A program made the position numbers and the translations under genes. This document shows, piece after piece, positions 58,773-64,000 of a stretch of DNA of 64,000 nt (position 1 is the first letter of the stretch; each line of letters begins with the position of its first letter). The stretch is from an uncultured Gemmatimonadales bacterium (GTDB lineage Bacteria; Gemmatimonadota; Gemmatimonadetes; Longimicrobiales; Longimicrobiaceae): assembly GCA_963716255.1 (NCBI GenBank), contig OY970303.1:2528001-2592000 (forward strand), written 5' to 3'. Below the pieces are notes generated by a model. The model was not told the origin of the DNA, searched no databases, and saw nothing but the letters and a program-made list of their open reading frames with translations.

Positions 58773-59923
58773 GCACTCCCTCCACGGAGCAGGCGGGCCG
58801 GCGGCTCGCCTGCTCCGGGTGCGGCGCCGGGCTGCGCTTCGAGCCCGGCACCGACTCCCTTACCTGCCCCTACTGCGGCGCCTCCACCCCGGTGCCGAGC
58901 CTGGCCGGCGGCACGGAGGAGCTGGACTTCGGCGCCTGGCTGGGCCGGCTCGCCGCCGGCGCGGACAGCTACGAGGTCCTGGACGCGCACTGCACCTCGT
59001 GCGGCGCGGCAACCACGCTGGACCCCAACGTGGTCTCGGACGAGTGTCCCTTCTGCCGGGGGGCGCTGATCCCGGCCGGCACTTCGAAGCGCCTCGTCCG
59101 CCCCACCGCGCTCCTCCCCTTCCACGTCACCCGCGAGCAGGCCGAATCCGCGCTGGAGCGCTGGATGCGCGGGATCTGGCTGGCGCCCAACGACTTCAAG
59201 CGGAACGCCACCCGGCAGGGGAAGCTGGTGGGCGTGTACGTGCCGTGCTGGACCTTCGACTGCGAGGCGACCACGCGCTACACGGGGGCGCGCGGGGAGT
59301 GGTACTGGGAAACGGAAACGTACACCACCACCGAGAACGGCAGGCCGGTGACGCGCACCCGGCAGGTGAGGAAGACCCGCTGGCACCGGGCTTCCGGCAC
59401 GGTGCACGACACCTTCGACGACGTGCTGGTGCTGGCCAGCGACAGCCTCCCCCGCAAGCAGGCGGACGCGCTCCAGCCCTGGGACCTCCCGGCGCTGGTG
59501 GCCTTCTCGGACGCGTACCTGGCCGGCTTCCGCACCGAAAGCTACCGGGTGCCGCTGGACCAGGGCTTCGAGCTGGCGAAGCCGGTGATGGACGAGGCCA
59601 TCCACGATACCATCCGCAGCGACATCGGCGGCGACGAGCAGCAGGTGCACGACGCCGACACGCGCTGGGACGACGTCACCTTCAAGCACGTGCTGCTCCC
59701 CGTGTGGATCAGCGCCTACCGCTACCGCGACCGCGTCTACCGGCGCCTGGTGAACGCCCGGACCGGCGAGGTGCAGGGCGAGCGGCCGTGGAGCTGGATC
59801 AAGATCGCGCTGCTGGTGATCGTGCTGCTCGTGGCCGCCCTGGTCCTCGCGGCGGTGTTCGGCGCGGAGGGCTCGGGCTCCGTCTCGTACGGCGCGGGAA
59901 TGGCCGCCGGCCTCGCGGGCTAG
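58769..59923 (+). CDS. Zinc-ribbon membrane protein (YdjG-like)
   Basis: Four CxxC pairs, LLPVWI..Y, VNARTGEVQGERP, C-terminal TM. Confidence 0.85.
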   Translation: MSTPSTEQAGRRLACSGCGAGLRFEPGTDSLTCPYCGASTPVPSLAGGTEELDFGAWLGRLAAGADSYEVLDAHCTSCGAATTLDPNVVSDECPFCRGALIPAGTSKRLVRPTALLPFHVTREQAESALERWMRGIWLAPNDFKRNATRQGKLVGVYVPCWTFDCEATTRYTGARGEWYWETETYTTTENGRPVTRTRQVRKTRWHRASGTVHDTFDDVLVLASDSLPRKQADALQPWDLPALVAFSDAYLAGFRTESYRVPLDQGFELAKPVMDEAIHDTIRSDIGGDEQQVHDADTRWDDVTFKHVLLPVWISAYRYRDRVYRRLVNARTGEVQGERPWSWIKIALLVIVLLVAALVLAAVFGAEGSGSVSYGAGMAAGLAG

Positions 59924-60738
59924 CGGGCCGCGGGGAGGCCGCGGACCCGCTCGCGGAAGGCCTGGTACTCCGGGGTGTCGCGCACCAGGCGTCGCCCGTC
60001 CAGCGGCCCGAGCGTCCCGATCATGGCGCGCGCCTCCCGCACGCGCTCGGCGCTGGTGGGGTGCGAGGCGAACCACTGCTCCACCTGCCCGGGCTGGCGC
60101 TGCTGCTCCCGCAGCAGCTCCTCGAAGAAGGTGGCCACCCCCTGGGGATCGTACCCGGCGGCCACCACGGTCTCGATGGCCTCGGCGTCGGCTTCGCGCT
60201 CGGCGTCGCGCCCGTACTTGGCGAAGATGGCCGCGCCCCCGCCCTGGATGGCCACCTGCTCCAGCAGCCCCGGCTCCCGGCCCAGGAGCACGTACACCAG
60301 CGACACCAGCACCCCCGCGCCCTGGCGCTTCTCCATCTGCTCCAGCCCGTGCCTCTCGGTGACGTGGGCGATCTCGTGCCCCAGCACCCCCGCCAGCTCC
60401 GCCTGCTGGTCGGCCGCCTCCACCAGCCCGCGGTGGACGAACACGTGCCCGCCGGGGACTGCGAAGGCGTTCACCTCGGGCGAGTCCACCAGGTAGAAGG
60501 TGTAGCGCCGGCCGGTGGAGTCGGCCCGCTGCGCGAGCGCGCCGCCCAGCCGGTTCAGCGCTTCCACCGCCTCGGGATCCCGGATCAGCGGCGTCTGCGC
60601 GGCGATCTCGGCCGCGTACGAGTCGCCGATGCGCGCCTCCTCCTCCAGCCCGATGGACCCCGCGCAGGCGCCCAGCGCCGCCAGCGGGAGGATCCGCGCG
60701 AAGCGCAGCTTCCGGTTCCCCAACATGCTCTGCATCAT
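59920..60738 (-). CDS. M48-family metallopeptidase lipoprotein
   Basis: LGAC lipobox, NAFAVPGG, HEIAH, EREAD, SHP..AER. Confidence 0.9.
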   Translation of the reverse strand: MMQSMLGNRKLRFARILPLAALGACAGSIGLEEEARIGDSYAAEIAAQTPLIRDPEAVEALNRLGGALAQRADSTGRRYTFYLVDSPEVNAFAVPGGHVFVHRGLVEAADQQAELAGVLGHEIAHVTERHGLEQMEKRQGAGVLVSLVYVLLGREPGLLEQVAIQGGGAAIFAKYGRDAEREADAEAIETVVAAGYDPQGVATFFEELLREQQRQPGQVEQWFASHPTSAERVREARAMIGTLGPLDGRRLVRDTPEYQAFRERVRGLPAAR

Positions 60739-60776
60739 GCCGGATCTCGTCGTATCGAGGTGAAAAGCTCGGGTTC

Positions 60777-60908
60777 GGGCGTGCCCCCGGCTGCGCCGGG
60801 GTCGGGCTTCGGCTCCGTAAGCCCGCAAACAACGCGGGCCAACGGAGTCGAGCCCCGGCGGAAACAGCCCCGCCGGGTCTCGCCCCTTCGGGCCGAAATC
60901 CCTCACGC
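60777..60908 (-). repeat. Repeat family A, copy 9
   Basis: Reverse complement of the scaffold. Confidence 0.95.
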
Positions 60909-61033
60909 GGGGATCGCGCTGGCGTCCGCGAGGGTGCGCCCCCACACCCCCCGGCCTCGCTGAAAGACGAAGGGCTCGCCGCCGGAAGCGGTGAGCCCTT
61001 CACGTTCCGCACCAGCGGCACGCCGTTCGCCGT

Positions 61034-61196
61034 TCGCAGTACCCACAAAATGATGTCACGGGTGGAGACTCGCCGGCTGTTTGGCGAGGCTCCACCCGGC
61101 GGAGGGAAACCCGCCGGCCGTTTGGCGGGGTTCCCGGAGTCCGCGCAGGAGACCGGCAGCCGTACCGCCGGGCTCCGGAGCGGCCCCGCCACGACA
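61034..61196 (-). repeat. Structured repeat family C, copy 2
   Basis: Inverted relative of 52455-52621. Confidence 0.75.
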
Positions 61197-61210
61197 CGAA
61201 AAAACCCTCT

Positions 61211-61756
61211 CTACACCCCCCGCTCGCGGAACAGCTTCAGCCGCAGCACCACCCGGTCCACCAGCCGGTCCGGCGGCCACGCCTCCGCGTACTCGGCCAC
61301 GGCCAGCGCGATCTCCGCCTTGACCCGGCGCCAGGGCGTCTGCCCCTTCCGCACGTCGGCGATCCACCACCCGGGCACCAGGTCCGCCAGCGCGAACAGG
61401 TCCGCGATGCGCTCCGGCATGGCCATGTACCCCTCGTCCGACAGGTACACCGCCCCCTCCACATCCCCCGCCAGCACGTGCGCGATCTCGTGGCGGAAGG
61501 CGAAGAGCCGGTCGGTGCGCTCCGCGCTGCGGTTGACGAGCACCGGGTACGCGTCCGCGCACCGGGGAAGCGTCATGGCGATGGTGTCCGACTGGAACGG
61601 GAACACCTCCACGTGGCACCCCGCTCCCCGCAGCAGCGCCGACAGCTGGTCGGTGCGCAGCGGCGCGTAGTGCCCGGCGTAGTCCGCGACCATTCCCCGC
61701 GCGTCCTCCACCAGCCGCGCCGCCACGGACAGGATGCGCTCCTCGTCAGAGCTCAT
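61211..61756 (-). CDS. ImmA/IrrE-family metallopeptidase
   Basis: VLVN....R..FAFRHEIAH...ERIADLFA. Overlaps the upstream XRE gene. Confidence 0.82.
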   Translation of the reverse strand: MSSDEERILSVAARLVEDARGMVADYAGHYAPLRTDQLSALLRGAGCHVEVFPFQSDTIAMTLPRCADAYPVLVNRSAERTDRLFAFRHEIAHVLAGDVEGAVYLSDEGYMAMPERIADLFALADLVPGWWIADVRKGQTPWRRVKAEIALAVAEYAEAWPPDRLVDRVVLRLKLFRERGV

Positions 61757-62201
61757 CGCCTTCCACGCGGTCGCGCAGCTCGTACCACCAGTTGGGAAGG
61801 AGCCCGCGGGCGGTCAGCATCCGCCGCAGCCCCTCCAGCGCGTCCAGCTTGCGCAGCTTTTCCTGCCCCGCCGGGCCGATGCCGCCCACGAAGCGGGCGA
61901 TGGAGTCGAGCGAGGCGAACATCTCCTCGGCCTCCTCGCCCCCCTCCTCCCCCGGAGGCGGCGCGCTCAGCTCCACCCCTCCCGCCTCCTGTCCCGTGAG
62001 GAGCCAGTCGGGGTCCACGTCACCCCACTCGGCGATCCGCTCCACGTGGTAGCGGTGCGGCACCGAGCCGCCCGTTTCCCAGCGTGCGATGGAGCCGGGG
62101 TGCACCCCCAGCCTGTCCGCCAGCTCCGTCCGGTCCCAGCCCAGCCTTTCCCGCACCTTCCGGAGGCGGAACCCGACCGATCGCCGAATCGCTACATTCA
62201 T
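61746..62201 (-). CDS. XRE-family HTH repressor
   Basis: RLRKVRE.LGW.R.ELADRLGVHPGSIARWETG, DWLLTG. Confidence 0.9.
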   Translation of the reverse strand: MNVAIRRSVGFRLRKVRERLGWDRTELADRLGVHPGSIARWETGGSVPHRYHVERIAEWGDVDPDWLLTGQEAGGVELSAPPPGEEGGEEAEEMFASLDSIARFVGGIGPAGQEKLRKLDALEGLRRMLTARGLLPNWWYELRDRVEGDEL

Positions 62202-62230
62202 AACACTTAAACGCTCCTTTCTTTACACCC

Positions 62231-62258
62231 TTGACAGGCGCTCACAAGAGGTTAAGAT
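62231..62258 (+). promoter_or_regulatory. Sigma-70-type promoter divergent from the repressor
   Basis: TTGACA-N16-TAAGAT in an AT-rich intergenic stretch. Confidence 0.7.
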
Positions 62259-62393
62259 TGTTGCAGAATGTTTACGGAGCCCCGCATCACCCTGCCACAA
62301 ATGTTAGGCAGGATAGTCGCGGCCCCGGCCACATGCAAGGGTTTGGCCCACCGTCCACGGCTGGCGTGCCGGACGCAAACAGGAGGAGTCGCA

Positions 62394-62708
62394 GTGTTAG
62401 ACGCCATCGCATCGCAGAGGCTCGGTCCCGGCGAGGGACCACGCTTCGCCGCCCGCACAAGACCGCCGGTCCCGTGGGACCCGGAGAGCGCCGCGCAGGA
62501 TGGGGAGCCCTCCGAGGCACAGCTGCTCCGCCTGGCCTCTAACTGCCCACGCTGCGGCTCGCGTCCCGCGCTCCGCATCACCACGGAGGTGGCGCGGCTT
62601 CTCACGGACGCGGCGAACGGAGCCCGGCTGGGCACCTACCAGTGCCAGCGGCGCGGCTGCGGAGCGATCTACGACCTGGTCGCGGGGGAGTTCCTCGCCG
62701 AGGAATAG
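62394..62708 (+). CDS. Ogr/Delta-like zinc-finger protein 1
   Basis: RBS AGGAGG before GTG. CPRC-x29-C-x4-C (YQCQRRGCG). Confidence 0.7.
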   Translation: MLDAIASQRLGPGEGPRFAARTRPPVPWDPESAAQDGEPSEAQLLRLASNCPRCGSRPALRITTEVARLLTDAANGARLGTYQCQRRGCGAIYDLVAGEFLAEE

Positions 62709-62803
62709 GCACGGGTCTCCGGCCACCGCCGGAGTGAGACGGAATACGTCCCGGAGGAAGCCGAAGACAGACCGAAACTAAGCTCTGGAGACAGGCCGGT
62801 AAA

Positions 62804-62848
62804 GGCCCCCAACTCGGCACAGTGACCGAGCCAGGGGGCTTTTTTTTT
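62804..62848 (+). terminator. Intrinsic terminator between the zinc-finger paralogues
   Basis: GGCCCCC-AA-CTCGG...CCGAG-CCA-GGGGGCT followed by a T9 run. Confidence 0.8.
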
Positions 62849-62968
62849 GTGCCCCCGATACCCACGCGGGACCGGGACCCGTGCCGGGCGGATCCCGTGG
62901 TCGTCCGCCCCGCACTCTCCCTCCGCCCCCCCGCGCGGGTACCGCACCCCCCAACGAGAGGAAGTGCC

Positions 62969-63298
62969 ATGCGCCGGACTCAGACGCTCGCGCCCGCGGG
63001 GCAGCGGCCGCCCGCCCCCGCCAGCAACGTTCCGCCCCTGGCCGCCGGCGGCGGAGGAGGGGTTCCCAGGCACCCGGAGCAGCGGGGGGGCCGCCTGGTC
63101 CGACTCGCCACGAGCTGCCCGCGGTGCGGCTCCCGCCCCGCGCTGCGGGTGACGGAGGACCTCGTCCGCGGCATCCACGCGCCCGGGGAGCCGACCCGCA
63201 TCGGCACCTACCAGTGCCACCGCCGCGGGTGCGGCACCATCTACGACCTGTACGTGGACACCCGGCTGCTGGAGACGGAGCCGGGCGGCGCCCACTGA
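62969..63298 (+). CDS. Ogr/Delta-like zinc-finger protein 2
   Basis: RBS GAGG. RLATSCPRCGSRPALR...GTYQCHRRGCGTIYDL, paralogue of the 62394 gene. Confidence 0.72.
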   Translation: MRRTQTLAPAGQRPPAPASNVPPLAAGGGGGVPRHPEQRGGRLVRLATSCPRCGSRPALRVTEDLVRGIHAPGEPTRIGTYQCHRRGCGTIYDLYVDTRLLETEPGGAH

Positions 63299-63422
63299 CC
63301 ACCCGGCCGTCGCCCGGCGCGCGCACGACGCCGCCGGCGGCCCACCACCCGGCAAGGAGGATCTTCATGCGTCGCATCCGCCACGCCCCGCCCGCGCGGG
63401 GCGCTCCCGGAGGGTGGTGGTG

Positions 63423-63989
63423 ATGAATGCCCCACCCCTGTTTTCCGCGCAGCTCCCCGGCCCCCTGGTGCAGCCGGGAAGCCCCGTGGACCCCGCGACC
63501 GCCCTGCCCGGGACATCGCCCACCGGCCAGCCCGGCGACCCGCTGGGCACGGTGGGCATCGCCCTGCTCGCCTACGGGCTGGTGCAGCTCCTGTCGCGCG
63601 TGGTGGACCGGCTCCCCTTCGGCCGTCCGGGCGCGGCGGAAGGCGGGGAAAGCGGCTTCGGTCGCGACGACCGCAAGCGCATCGAGCGGCTGGTGGAGAT
63701 CGCGGCCGCCGACCACGCGCGAATCGAGCGCATGCAGGAGGAGCTCAAGGAGGTGTACGACTACGCCCGCTGGGCGACGGAGCAGCGGCGCCGCCCGGGC
63801 GGCGCCGTGGAGGAGGGATCCTGGCGGCACCGGGTGGAGGGGCTGCTCGACCAGGTGGCCACCAACCAGCGGCTCATCGGCCAGGCGCTGGGCGAGCTGC
63901 GCGAGATGCAGGGCAAGCTGGACAACGTCCTGCGCAAGCTGCGGGCGCTCTGGATCCGCGTGGGCCAGCGCCGCAACGACCGCAAGTAG
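63423..63989 (+). CDS. Hypothetical single-TM coiled-coil protein
   Basis: TM segment LGTVGIALLAYGLVQLL followed by heptad-rich helices. Confidence 0.7.
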   Translation: MNAPPLFSAQLPGPLVQPGSPVDPATALPGTSPTGQPGDPLGTVGIALLAYGLVQLLSRVVDRLPFGRPGAAEGGESGFGRDDRKRIERLVEIAAADHARIERMQEELKEVYDYARWATEQRRRPGGAVEEGSWRHRVEGLLDQVATNQRLIGQALGELREMQGKLDNVLRKLRALWIRVGQRRNDRK

Positions 63990-64000
63990 GACCGCGCCGC

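Overview
High-GC bacterial DNA. The gene content (ADOP permease with PadR, DUF5916-type protein, sigma-54 activators, many lipoproteins) looks Gemmatimonadota/Longimicrobium-like, which is an inference. About 50 CDSs are supportable. They include an ergothioneine locus (egtB-egtD-egtA) divergent from a disulfide reductase and a betaine-family ABC importer, lpdA, crcB, a molybdopterin oxidoreductase, several peptidases and a decayed lower-GC island at about 41.6-45.4 kb. No rRNA, tRNA, CRISPR array, integrase or transposase was recognised. Highlights: (1) a two-gene NLR-like system at 18955-22534, where a Bell-like helical protein ends in two 21-aa beta repeats and a matching third copy sits inside the NACHT domain of the adjacent NTPase, which also carries a LysM-like C-terminus; (2) a lasso-peptide cluster (B1B2-C-A-A) whose two precursors have long polyacidic tails; (3) nine copies of a ~130-bp intergenic element with clear compensatory base-pair changes, plus two further repeat families; (4) a predicted sigma-54 mini-regulon with TGT-N11-ACA sites; (5) an ImmA/XRE switch facing two Ogr/Delta-like zinc-finger paralogues at the right edge. 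All family assignments come from motif recognition by eye, not database searches.
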